From the human T2T-CHM13v2.0 reference genome, Homo sapiens, in assembly GCF_009914755.1 (NCBI RefSeq), contig NC_060934.1: a stretch of 64,000 bases of DNA. One strand, given 5' to 3'. The notes under the pieces are model-generated. The model did no database searches. It worked only from the letters and a program-made list of their open reading frames with translations, and was not told where the DNA came from. The stretch's first letter is position 1. Each line of letters opens with the position of its first letter. This document shows positions 40,296 through 57,047 of the stretch, one piece after another. The position numbers were made by a program, and so were the translations under genes.

Positions 40296-42077
40296 TAGGC
40301 TACAGCCGGGCCCTTCAAGGGGCACAAATGGACAGTGGGTGGTGGTGGAGGCAGTCCCCCTCCCACCCCACCCCCCCAGCTCACTTGATGTCCTTCCCCT
40401 CTTTTTACTGTAGCTCCCTCCCACCTCTATTCTTCCTTTAGCCAAAAAGTACGGATGGATGAGATTCTCCTCAGAGTTTTGGGACCGGGAAGAATGAAGC
40501 TGTGGCTGTCAAAAATGCCTGGTGGACCTAGCGGATGACACCTAGACAGCATGTTTGCTGCTGTCCTCTATGCTGACCAAGCCTCTCCTCTGCAGATGTA
40601 TGTACACCAGCTGCTGAAGGATGGGGGGAGGTAGCTCATGCATGTGTGCGTGAGGATTTGGGGATGAATGCGGAATCCCCCGCAAAGCGTCAGATTGTTC
40701 ATTTTTCTATTTCCTCTCTTCTCTAGTAAAACCCCTCCGGATCAGAGCTAGCTCTAAACAGCACCTTGTCGGTTGAGATTTTGAGCAACAGGGTCCTGCA
40801 AGGTGGGCATATTTGGCAGCCTGAAGGAGAGGTAGAATATTTGCCTAACCCCACAGCTAGTAAACCCAGGACAAATGCATCGGCAGCTTCTCAAGGCCAG
40901 GGAGAGAGAGCACACATCTTGCCCTAGGAAATTCACGGACACGCTGAAATTTGATGGGAACTGATCTAGCCAAATAGGAGGAGATCAATTGTTTGCTAGA
41001 ATCAACAGATCTTCCTGTTTAGTTGCTCAGTAAAATATCCTTGCCTCTGGGCACAATGCACCAAGCTGGAGGATGCCATCAAGGAGAAGTTCTTTGCCTG
41101 ATCTCATTGACTTTTGAGCACTTTAAGCCTAAAGGGAGCAGGAACAAGAAGCGAGAGGAAAAGGTGAAGGTTAAAGAGAACTGTTTCGGAGATAATAAAC
41201 TCCTTCTGAATCCTGCCAAGGCTGGCTGCGCTGTTGTCTCAGAGGGAGAAGAATATCAACATGGACTCCTGCCTGTGGTCTTGAAATAGGCAAGTCACCA
41301 AGGGACAAAGACTGTTCTGTGAGTTTGGGCTCCCTGGGGCAGCTGTTCCTGAGCTGTTACAATGGCCCTGGCACCAGACACTGATTCAGAGTTTTGTGGG
41401 GAGCCCAGGACAAATTCTCACTATTTAAACTAAGACAAGTCCAAGGCTGAATGCCCTGTCCATGCAAATGTCTGCCTGTTATATGAATAGGGAAGCAAAG
41501 TGCGTTTCCAGGAGCCACAGTAGAGACCAGGTGATCATCTCATGCTTCCCAGAGGAACCCCGCAGAATGCCAGCTGCTCCTGTGTTGGTTCCTTTTACGA
41601 ACTTAGGAAAGATCATGTGTGGGGACAGGTAAGGAAGCACATGGCTAGGGCATTCTCAGGGAGCTAAAGTCCCGCGGTACTGAGATGCGTGAAAGGTGTG
41701 GTGGGACTCTGGGAAGACCAAGGAGGGTGTTGGGGGAACTCCCTAAAAGTGGGGTCCCTTTTTAAAGCTTAAGGGCCAGGTATCTGCCCAGCAACAGGGG
41801 GAGTTGAAGTTCCTCCCTAGAGTGGCTCTGATGACCAGCAGGATTTGGAAATACCTGACCTCAATCCCTCCGTCCCCTGCAGTTCCTGCCTACGGTGTGG
41901 CACCCCTCCTTTGAGATTGCATCTCCCCTACAAGCAACTGTTTGCTGAGCATCACAAGTGCCAAGTACTGAGTGACGTGTTTTACATACACTGGCTCATT
42001 CAATCCCAGGGACACCCCAAGAAGTAAGGGCTATGAGCTCCATTTTACAGACCAGGAACTGCCTAACTGAGCTTTAG

Positions 42078-42381
42078 TTTTTTTTTTTTTTTTTTGAGAC
42101 AGGGTCTCTGTCACCCAGGCTGGAGTGCAGTGGCGCAACCTTGGCTCACCGCAACCTCCGACTCCCGGGTTCAAGCGATTCTCACCTCAGCCTCCTGAGT
42201 AGCTGGGATTACAGGCATACACCACCATGCCTGGCTAATGTCTGTATCTTTTTGGTAGAGATAGGGCTTCACCATGCTGGCCAGGCTGGTCTCGAACTCC
42301 TGACCTCAAGTGATCTGCGCACTCTGGCCTCCCAAAGTGCTGGGATTTTGCAGCGAAAGGCGTGGGCCACCATGCCCGGCC
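42078..42381 (-). mobile_element. Alu (AluS)
   Basis: Poly-T followed by reverse-complement dimer; flanking TGAGCTT(T/C)AGTTTT resembles a TSD. Confidence 0.92.
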
Positions 42382-43417
42382 ACATGAGCTTCAGTTTTAA
42401 TTGAAGCACATTGGTGTGTCTGCCAGTGTCCCAGGACCTGCCACTGCAGATCTCAGGAGATTCCTCTAACACAGATGGGCCACAAGCACATGGGTCCCTC
42501 TCTGAATTCACCCTCACCCTAATCCTACCTACCCCAGGTGTCCGTTTCTCCCAATCACTTTCTTAAAATACTAAAAATGTACAGCATTCCTTTTTCCCCT
42601 GGCTCTAAGTCCTGACCTTTTAAGGCCTCTGTTCAAGAGCATGTTAATTAGTAACTTCCTTCAGAAGAAATCTGGGAAAGCATTTCCTGGGCAGGAGCCC
42701 TGGGCCTGAGGGTATACCTGGCCTTTACTTTCTCTTGGCCTGAGGCTGGATTCTCATTAACCAGCCAGAGAGTCAAGTCTTGGTTTTGTTTGTTTGTTTG
42801 TTTGTTTTCTCCCCAAATCTGAAGTCTCCAGCCCCATCTTCACCCGTGTTCAGTCCAAAGGATGGACGTAGCTTCTCCAAACACAGACAAACAAGGCCAG
42901 GGCCGCCCAAGCATCCTGCACACATTCTTGGAGGGATGTGAGTAGCCAGGTGAGGCTATGACCACGGGGCGGTGGACCCTACTGGTCTCTCCCCAGCCAA
43001 TGTACCCTTGCACCTGATGCCGTGGCCTAAGTTTTCCTTCTCTCGGCAGCTTTTCTTCCATAGATCACACATCAAGCTTGGCTCTCAGTCACTGAGGGCT
43101 GAGAGGCCATTACAAAGCCAAATACACGTGAATGCTACTGGAATGTTTTCCCCAAGCTCAACGTGGCTGCTTGCGCTAGACCCACAGCGTCAGACAAGCA
43201 ACTTCGACAGACACCCAAATGCCTGCAAATGCAAGCAAACTACTCCTACCGAGGGGAACCACATACTGACCGGCCAGCTCACTCAAGAAAAGGTATGAGC
43301 GAAAATACTGGCATTAGGCAGAAATGAAGAAATTGGTACAGAAAACCTGGAAGGCCTGACCAATGGGAAAAACAAGGATAACATGAGAGAATCCAACAAC
43401 AGAAAGGAAGGACGCAC

Positions 43418-43540
43418 CTCTCCTTTGGGCAGGATTTTCTGTTCATCCAGTTTGAAGGCTGTTCCTATTCTTCTCCGAACAATGGGTGGTTCCTCCCCTG
43501 GATCCAGGGGATATTCTACTGGCAGCTTGCCCGTGAGCTC
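43418..43540 (-). CDS. FRMD4A: FRMD4A coding exon, 123 nt: [41 protein letters not shown] (CUPID/DUF3338 core)
   Basis: CAG acceptor 43541-43543, GTGCGT donor; symmetric phase 0/0; ELTG.LP.E.PL.PGE.PP.VRRR.G.AF motif. Confidence 0.95.
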
Positions 43541-44162
43541 CTGCATATGTGAAATGGCATTCGGAGTGAGCACAAATCAGAGTGGGGCGTGTCTGCTTCC
43601 TAGAACACACACACACGCACATACACGCACACAAAAATGCACGCATGCACTTCGATACAGGTCAACGCTTATGCTAGAAATGTTCACATTAAGCACTATG
43701 CCTAAGTAAGAGTTCAAGAAATGAAATTTCATTTCTCTAACAATGTCTCTTATGTAGAATAGTTGCACTTCCAAAGTTTTTTCCAAAGTAAATTTCTGTA
43801 ATTGCCATTTGACTTTCATTATAAAACTTGAATTTCATTCATTTGTTAAGTGAACAGATATTTCCTGCCTGCCTCCTCTGTGCCAGGCAAGGTCACCCAG
43901 CCAGTGAGGAGCAGTGTCAGCGTGAGTTCTCGGGCCTCTCTAACTCCAAATCCCGTGCTCTTGACACTGCATCAAATATTCCTGCTCAAATATCTAAGTT
44001 TAAAGTTTCCTTCAAATGGATTTTCACAAGAGGAGTGGTATCTATATGGCAAATCCCAGAAAAGTGCATAGATAAATAATTTAGAAACTGAGTAAGGATA
44101 GTAACCTACTCTGGCCAGATGCTACAGGAATAGGCTGTACTTAAAAGACATTAAACTGTTTA

Positions 44163-44482
<320 letters not shown>

Positions 44483-46099
44483 TTAGTAGAAACTGAACAT
44501 ATAATCCATGTTATTGACAAGGCTACTAAAAAAACACTTGTTTTGTGTATTTTGGGCCCCGGAAATCTACTTGTTGTGGGTACAAGGACAGTGAATTTAG
44601 TTGACAGACTTCCATGGTGACAGTGATCCTGGTTAAAGGCTAAGGATCTGGGGGCGATTCAAGATTAGAATCAGGCTCTCTGTGAGTGAGTTGTATCAGG
44701 GCTGAACAATGATCAAATCAGAGTCAGTGGCTGCCCCACACTGTAGAGGCCAGGCATCAAATTCAAGAAGTCACTTCCAGAGACCAGAAAAGGCTGGGGG
44801 ACCAACTGTGCATCTGTCTCTAATGGCAAAGTGGGCACTTCCAGGCCAAGCCCAGCTCTGGCTTTTCTAGCCCAAATCAACGCAGATGCTGCACAAAGAC
44901 TGAAGGAGCTGCTCTGACAAGGAAGTTCAGGAGGCTTTTCTCAGGAATATCCATCATCTACACAGAAAGCTTTTGCGCAGGGCAGCCCAGGGCTGAGTGC
45001 CCAGCAGGCGGGAAAATCCAAATCATGAGAGTGTGATGCTGGCCCTTCTTCTCCAACTGCTGTGTGCACATGTGTACGCATGTATGCATGTGCAGGCATG
45101 GTGTGTGCATGTGTGTGCGTGTGTACATGTGTACACGTGACATGAGCATAAACACATACTCCGTCACTCGCCTGCTTCTCCCTCGCTGTGTTCAGATTGC
45201 CGGGAAATGACCCCGTGGACTTTATATTCCTCAATGTAAGCATTTCAGAGCACAATGGCCAACTATCTGAGTATCAGACTCTGCAATTTTCTTCCCTGGT
45301 TTTTTCTTTAAAAAAAAAATGTGGTTCAAATGTCTCCAAAGTAGTTAAGTGTTTATTCCGCAACTTTTTTTTAATCTGCTTCCCTAAAAGTCTATCTATA
45401 AGTAACACAACTATTGAGGGTTTTATATTGTCAGGACTTGATTTTTTTTTTTTACTTAGAAAATTCCAAAAAGGAGGGAAAAGTTGTTAAAATTGCCATG
45501 GATCTGTAACTCTAAACTGTTGGTGGTTTTAAAATGTAGTTTAAAAAATGAGGCTACTGATTTTTTTCACCATCCACTTGAAGGTATTTGAGTCGAAGTC
45601 TTGATTCTCCAGATATTTAATCTGATTTCATGTGTAACTGGAGCTGCACGCTGAAGACGTAATTTAACACTCTGCAGTGGGGCCTCGGCTTGGTGCCTCC
45701 CTATATCCTGCCAAATGCTCTCCCCCTCCATCATTCTAGTTGCCCCCCTCCCCAGGGGTCAAGCAGCGCGTCTTGATACTCTGAGCTGAGGGGAGAGATG
45801 CAGGAACAGCACAGATTTAGCAAGACCTCCCCCCAGCCCTTGACTACACATGCGTCAAGAGGCTATGGTGGGACTAACTATAGGGAATGATCACAGGAGA
45901 AATCTACCTGCAACTGATTTCTTGTTGGGTTATTTCTTCCACTCAAGTTACATTTTCTGGTGTTAACATTATAAGAAGTGGCAGCTTTGTTTTCCTTCTT
46001 TTGTTTTTGTTTTTAAGAGCGATGGTGAGATTTTTTTATAATGCATGCTCATCTTGCCCTGACATGTTCCTTACCTTTTTGAAACGTGGATTCCCTGCC

Positions 46100-46303
46100 G
46101 GGTTTAGGGACTTTTTATTAAAAACAAAACAAGGCTTTCCAAATTATTAAAGGCAGACACCCAAACTCATATTTTTTCCAATCCTTCAAGCGTATTCTTT
46201 ATAAAAATGTTGCTAATATTAACAGTATCACATAGCGCATTCCCCAGCCAGGCCAATTGCTTTCCTAAGATTTGCAATGGATTTGTGCTAATGTGGTTCT
46301 GCT
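46100..46303 (+). repeat. Copy 1 of a ~200-bp local direct duplication
   Basis: Aligns by eye to 47498-47695. Confidence 0.85.
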
Positions 46304-46587
46304 TTGAGCTGGCTCCGGTTTAAATCAATCCAGACCATAATTAAGCCAAGTTGAAATGTAATGTGATCTCACTCCACGGCCCCTTGTTTCATTCTTCCCG
46401 CTGCAAGGCCTTAGTGTTTGGGGGAGGGGTATACGTCTCTTTGACTTACTTTGGGAACCTCTTTTGACTTCCCATTCTCAACTGTTTACCGGCGAAGCTC
46501 TTTCTAAGGTTAGGTGGTGCACAGTTGCTCCTGCCCTGGAGAGCTCCCACCCCATTGTGCCCATGTGCACAATGCACACATGTGCAT

Positions 46588-46618
<31 letters not shown>

Positions 46619-46715
46619 GAGTCATGTGTATTGCATTAAAACATGAAGCCTTCAAACACTTCTAACAAATAGTCATGAAATAAACAGACAAAGGTGGAAA
46701 TGGATATTTAAATAA

Positions 46716-47078
<363 letters not shown>

Positions 47079-47497
47079 CTGCATAAAATTTAAAAATGTC
47101 ATTAGGCTAAGATTTCATTTTTTAAAATGAAAAAGCTAAACACCAGATCACAGGGTCTAAAGGTGACTATATACCAAGTGAGATCGTGGTTTCCTTGTTG
47201 ACCACCAGTGTTTCTCAATAGGATGTCCAAAGACAAGTCTGAAATACCCTTAAGAAAGAACAAAAGCCACCACAACAATAAACTCAGGCACAAAATCTTG
47301 GGAGGATGGTGGCCAGCCATTATGATCGATGAGGCACTATCACGTGAGGAGATGCTTTATGAACCACCATGCAAGTATGAGGGATGAGGGATCATCATTG
47401 GGACTTGTCGCTTGGACTCCCATGGGGTCCTCTTTGGGATTTTGCCAGCACCAACTTTAACTGGTCATCACAGTGCTTCATCAACCAATTCTTTGAT

Positions 47498-47695
47498 GGG
47501 TTTAGGGACTTTTTCTTTTGTTGAAAACAAAACAAGGCTTTCCAAATAATTAAAGGCACACACCAAAACCCATATTTTTTCCAACCCTTTAAGCATATTC
47601 TTTTAAAAAAATTCGCTAATATTAACAGTATCACATAGTGCATTTCCCAGCCAGGTCAACTGCTTTCTTAAGATTTGCACTAATGCGGTTCTGCT
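47498..47695 (+). repeat. Copy 2 of a ~200-bp local direct duplication
   Basis: Aligns by eye to 46100-46303. Confidence 0.85.
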
Positions 47696-47813
47696 CTTTC
47701 TCTGACAAAGCACATTAGAGAGGTTTGGATGTTTCCAACATTTGTGTTTCAGGAGAGCGCTCGCCGCCCAGATAGGCCCTCTTTTTATCACTACCCTTGC
47801 CTTCTGTCAAAAC

Positions 47814-47880
47814 GATCAAATGACATCAGTCAAATGACATCAAAAAGATCAAATGACATCAGAAAGATCAGTGACATCAC
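47814..47880. repeat. Short degenerate tandem array with 4x TGACATCA
   Basis: TGACATCA at 47821, 47835, 47854 and 47872. Confidence 0.9.
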
Positions 47881-47922
47881 AGACAACACCAATTTCAACG
47901 GGATGAGCTAGGAAAGGCTTAC

Positions 47923-48056
47923 AGCTTCTCGGAGACACAGCTTCTTCAGTTCCTCCAGCCTCTGACGCAGGGTTTCCTCCAGAGCTTCCTGCCTGGACTT
48001 CAAGGCAGCCAGCATGTCCTTCTTGGCCGACTGCGAGCTATCTGATTCCTGAGAAC
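47923..48056 (-). CDS. FRMD4A: FRMD4A coding exon, 134 nt: (G)SQESDSSQSAKKDMLAALKSRQEALEETLRQRLEELKKLCLREA
   Basis: CAG acceptor 48057-48059, GTAAGC donor; heptad coiled-coil in frame with the next exon; the upstream FERM-domain exons lie outside the window. Confidence 0.94.
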
Positions 48057-48420
48057 CTGTCGATAAACAGTGGGGTTACTTGGCCAGCTGACAGGGGACA
48101 CACATCTGGACCACTAATGAATTTAACTGGAGCCCATGCTGCGGAGATGGGATTTACCCCAGGAATCAAGGGAGTGTGAAATAAAACAGGTGCTCAGCAC
48201 TCTAACTGTGAGAAGCACATTCCAGCACTGCATGGAATTTATAGCCAGTCACAAGAAATGGCAGGAAGATGGACCCTCCTGAAAAAGAAGTTTATCTTTC
48301 TCAATTATCTTAAGAAATGTCACATACCTTTTTAAATTTTACTAGCAAATTCTAATAGACTTTACACAAGAAAGGGGGAAAGAAAAGCTCATGTCAGCAA
48401 TTTTAATACGTATTGAGTTA

Positions 48421-48712
<292 letters not shown>

Positions 48713-49265
48713 CTAAAACGTATTTAAAATGTTATTTTGTTCCCTTAAAAATACTTATTATTTTTGCTTAGTGCAAAGATAATGTGTGTTTATGATGAAA
48801 ACCCTGAAAATGTAGACAGGTATAAGAAATAGTCCATTAACTAATCACCCAGAAATAACCATTGCTATGCATTTTCTTTTGGCCTTTTTTCTAAGTACAT
48901 ATATTTAAAAAATAAAATTAGAATGCTATTGTATTTTTTAACTTCATGTTTTGTATCATGAGCAAATTCCCTCCTAATAAAAGTTATACATATTTTAACA
49001 TACTTTTCCTGGGTAAAACATGATGATTCAAATAGCAGAGTGCTCGATAGGAAACCTTGTGGAAGGCAAACTTCAAACCAAACCAAAGGAAAATAAGCTG
49101 AAATGCCATCTGGAGGAATTTAGGTTAGACCAAAGGAGTAATTTCTGGGCTGCCAGTGTTTGGATTCTGAAATAACTTTCCTGGAGTGAAGCTATTGTAC
49201 TTTTTCTACCTTGATGGGTTAGAAAAGGAACACTGACTCTCTACAAAGGGAAAAGCTGATTATAA

Positions 49266-49890
<625 letters not shown>

Positions 49891-51789
49891 ATGAAAAAAT
49901 TCTATTTCCATAGGAAACAATGGATTTTTTGGACAATTTTAGTAAACAGATGAGAGAATAATCCAGTCAGAATTCCCAGAATCCACAGTTCTGTTTCTTC
50001 CAATGGTAGAAAAGGCAATGCAGCATCATAAAGCTAGAAAGAACTTCTGTCCCGTGGCATCAAACAGCTCTGCTTCACTTAAATTGTCCCCATAAATATA
50101 CTATTCTTCTATTTAACGTCTCTGAGCAGAAAACCCTGCATTCCATCAATTACCATACATACAGGCTCTTACTACCCTAATCACCAAGAACTCTCAATGT
50201 CTAAGAACATTTTAACTCTAACATGGGTTTTGTTCTTTCCCTTGCCTCAATTTGAGCTTGAAATAGAGAATATATCTGTCACCGCAGAAACATACTATCA
50301 TTATGCCTCCAAAGCAGCTAACAAATATTAGCTTGAATGAACAACCAAATAAATGTTCACAGTCATATACTTGGATGCTATAATTATCTCCTCTTCATAA
50401 CAAAAATCTAATACCTGTAATTTGTTCCATCGTGGAACCTACCTTCCGAGCTTTGAATTATTTTCGTAGCTGTTTCCTGGATTTTGACATACTTCAGTTG
50501 CAGGTCTCCAAATGCAACTGGACACAAGAAAGCTTCATCCGTGACCTCATGGTTCTCAGGTACTAAATCCATATAGTGTCATATTCACACAGCACATCGC
50601 TGAACATTATTGCAGGTTCCCCTTTTTGAAATGGTTCAGGTTTGCTCTCTCCATAAGCCAATCACCCTGTGCTTACCAATCCTAAATTGTCTCCAGTTTA
50701 TGTCCCTCCAAGGTTACATGGCTAAATCATTGTGACTCTTAATCTGGTTCTCTTAGTAACAGTCACCAATCACATCTGAAGACTCAGGAACATTTACTGA
50801 AGTACTCCGTTTCATCATTGAAAGAATTAATAAGAATGTAAAACAATACTGGAAGGAAGTCAGACTTTAGATTTAAAAAACAGACCTAGAGAAACTTGGG
50901 TCCAAGAAGATTAAAGGATTTCTAGCTCAAGTGAAAAATTCATTGTTTTCCCTTTCACCCCTGCCTAACCTCTCAATAGGAAATAATGATTTATTAAGTC
51001 CAATCTAAGAATTAACTGTGTTCTGGAATGGCACAAATTACAAATGAAACTCAAGGGAGGTAAAGCACACAGTTTTTGGATGATCATGTTGCTAGTTATG
51101 GGATTAGTTAAGATTTGGCCCTGAGTTCCAGGGCTCATTAATGCTACCCAAATTATTATCATTTCCAATAATTAGCCTAGATACCAAGCCCACAGAAAAC
51201 AGGCAAGAAAGTCCTGGCAGACTAGATGGCTCAAGAGCCCCTCTCTGTATCCGCTAATGCTGGTTGGCACCACTAATGCTGGTTGGCTCCGTTTCATGCC
51301 ATTAGCCTGGGAGTTACTTCAGGGCGAAGATGGTGTCTGGGTACCAGGTCAAATCCCCGCAAAATCACTGAGCCAGCCTGCCTTGGACATGCAGATTTCC
51401 ACTGTGGCGGTAACTGGATGGTGGATAGAGGGTAAAACAGATCTGAGTTTGATAAAGTCAGAACCACTCACTGGATGTGTGGCCTTGGGTAAGTTACCTG
51501 CCCTCCTTAATTCATAAAGGCTGAATGAGAAAACACATCTCCAGCACTTTGCACTGGGCCTGGAATAGGTCAACCCTCAAACTAGGGCAGGTTGAACATG
51601 AGCATGTGTGCGCACGCGCACGCACACACGTCCTAGTAGAATTAGAAAGAGAAATCATTGCAACTGCCTCTTCACTGTTGCTCAATGAAGTATCGGTCAA
51701 AGAGCTTCGTACCCAATTCAGTGTAACACTTGAGGTCCAAAGCTCACCTTTAGAAAGGAACAATACGAACTAGGCAGTGTTTTCTTTAA

Positions 51790-52132
51790 AAAAATTTTTT
51801 TAATTGGCACATAATATGGGGTGCACATTGATGTTTTGGTACATATAATGTATGGTAATCAGATCAGGATAATTAGCATATCCATTATCCAAACATTGAT
51901 CATTTCTTTGGGTTGGAAATACTCAATATCCTCCCTCTAGCTATTTGAAGCTATACAATACCCTACTGTTAACTATTAACATCCTACAGTGCTATAGGAC
52001 ACTCGAACACATTCCTCCTACCTCACTGTAATTTCTGTCCTACAACAAATCTCCCCCATCACCTACTCTCTCTACCCTTCCCAGCCTCTAGAAACTTCTG
52101 TTCTACTTTATACTTCTATGAGATCCACTTTT
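51790..52132 (-). mobile_element. L1MA-type 3' end
   Basis: GATCAGGATAATTAGCATATCCAT...CTAGCTATTTGAA...TACTTCTATGAGATCCACTTT. Confidence 0.75.
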
Positions 52133-52151
52133 AAAAAACACATAGTGTTAT

Positions 52152-52551
<400 letters not shown>

Positions 52552-53049
52552 GTTCACAAACGATGTTTCCTGAGTCCCTGGGTTAGCAGCTAGGTCTTTG
52601 GGGCAGCTATGGTTGGAGGTGGGGTCAAGGAGGTTCTGTGGCTATTCTTATCCTATTCCACTCCACGTTCCTCAAAACAGAGCAGCTCCCCGTGAACCTG
52701 CTGCATGTATTCAGGTTGCCGTATTGTAACGAAAAGAGGTTCCCATTGCCTTTTTTGTCTTTAGGAAATCCACTGTTCTGGGGCAAGGGCTCGGAGCTTT
52801 CACCGCTGCTCTACCTCAGGGCTTGTCTGATCTGAGCCTGCGGGCTGCTACCTGCAACTAAGCAAACGTGGCCACCAAGGCAAGAGGTGGCCGAGTGCCC
52901 AGTGACACGGACACACCAGCAACATTCCACAGAAGCAGCTCAAAGGGCGTCAGGAGAGGGAGCCCAAAATGCCCTCTGATATTGATCTGCTTTCCCACGT
53001 CCTCCACAAATGCCCACTAGGCATCCACTGACCCAGCAGGTTGGTTTTA

Positions 53050-53928
<879 letters not shown>

Positions 53929-54586
53929 TTAAATGATCTAAATCTGCTATCATGGAGAGAGGGTGGTGACTGGAGGGAAAGACACTGGATTTTCATCACA
54001 TATCTGCCATTAAATGGTGTAACGCCTTGAGTTACTAATCTCATGGTTCCATCTATAAAATTACCAATTGACCCATCTCTAAGATTCCTCAAACTGAATT
54101 CACTATTACTCAATAAACAACTTACTCGGATAGTTCCCTCGTGCCTCTAGCAGTCATTTTTGCAATTTTTACAACAGGCATCTTATACACAGCACAATCT
54201 TCCCTCCCCTTTTTCTCTACCTTCCTAACTTCTAGCCTTCTGCCAGTGCTGCTCTCATTTCAGTTACTGCTACAGCCTCTCCCGGGCTGGAAGGGTGTGT
54301 CTCATCATTAACCAGTGCCTAAAGGATTTACTGCTTCATCAACAGACCAAAGCAAATATTTGTAAACTCAAAAGCTAAACAGAGTTTAATCTGAGCTGTC
54401 TCTGGGATTAATGAAGTAGAAGATGGATGGAACCTCTTTATTCTAGGTAGAAGGGCGAGATTTCAAAGGTTATTGATTGAGAAAACAGTAGCTAAGTGCT
54501 ACCTGGAAAGGGTTGTCCAAACATAATGAGTTGGTGTAGGAGTCAAGGGGAAAACAGAGGTGATCTCAATACGGTTTGTGAAAGGC

Positions 54587-54618
<32 letters not shown>

Positions 54619-54749
54619 GTATATATATATATTTTTGTAAAGTTTCAGGCAACACTCAGATTTATTAGAGTATTCTGAATATTCTTTAGAAGACACAAAC
54701 TGTTATGTAGCTTCCTCTAAAGCCAAAGCTCACACCAGTGGTTTTGAGG

Positions 54750-54950
54750 TAATAGGGCTGGGTGTGTGTTCCAGCACTGCCGTTTACCAGCTGTGGGGAC
54801 TTGGGAAGGTTGTGTAACCTCTCGAAGTCTGTTTCCTCCCCTGTAAAATGGGAATGAAAACAGGACTTCTTCAGAAGTTGGGAGAATTAAAAGAGAACGC
54901 TTAGAAGATGCTTGGAAGAGAGGTGAGAATATATTAAGTGTTACATGAAT
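54750..54950 (+). mobile_element. MIR SINE
   Basis: CCAGCTGTGGGGACTTGGGAAG...TCTGTTTCCTCCCCTGTAAAATGGGAAT. Confidence 0.7.
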
Positions 54951-54977
54951 ACCAGTTACTCTTTCTATTAAAAAGTG

Positions 54978-55268
54978 AGGCTGGGGTGGTGTCTCACACC
55001 TATAATCCCAGCACTTTTGGGAGGCTGAAATGGGAGGACTGCTTGAGGCCAAGAGTTTGAGACCATCTTGGGCAACATAGCCAGACCTTGTCTCTACAAA
55101 AATTAAAAAAAAAAAATTAGTAAGGCGTGGTAGTGCATGCCTGTGGTCTCAGCTACGCTGGAGGCTGAGATGGGAGAATTCCTTCAGCAGAGGGTGTTGA
55201 GGCTACTGTGAGCTGTGATTGCGCCACTGCACTCCAGCCTGGGCAACAAAGCAAGACCCCGTCTGAAA
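54978..55268 (+). mobile_element. Alu (AluJ-like)
   Basis: Dimeric Alu. Confidence 0.9.
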
Positions 55269-55459
55269 CCCTCCCCCGCCACTATTCCTAGCCTTTACTA
55301 GGAGTCTGCACCCCAATTCAGAGAGCTTCAAAATGTAGATGAGAAAGTCCATTTCGTGGACAAGCAAGGAAATGTAGAATGCTTGCAGATGTACCACCCA
55401 CCGTGGCCACATCAATTCAGGAAGCTCAGGAGGAGAAGGGTAAGGAAATGAGTTTTTAG

Positions 55460-55845
<386 letters not shown>

Positions 55846-56064
55846 CTCCCATTTTCATAGAAAAGGTCACAGAGTCATAGGGAGGCTGAACTGGGAGTCT
55901 AACTCTGCTATTCTGTCTTCTGCCTCTTGCATAAAAACTCAACACGGGTAGGAGCTTTCTGTCTTGATCTCAGCTGGGCTGCCCTGGTAAACCTGTGTAG
56001 AAAGCAGTCACATCGACTCCCAAGTGGGGGCTCTTTGCGTGATAGTGCAAGCATCAAAACCTAA

Positions 56065-57047
<983 letters not shown>

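Noticed and set aside
46018-46024. + strand 7-nt microexon-like pattern TTTTTAAG|AGCGATG|GTGAGA followed by TGCATG
   Set aside because: Antisense to FRMD4A, beyond the inferred + strand polyA site, with no host transcript evident
51254-51288. Short tandem duplications (CTAATGCTGGTTGGC x2; also 9668-9700 and 4886-4913)
   Set aside because: Ordinary slippage-scale duplications with no further structure
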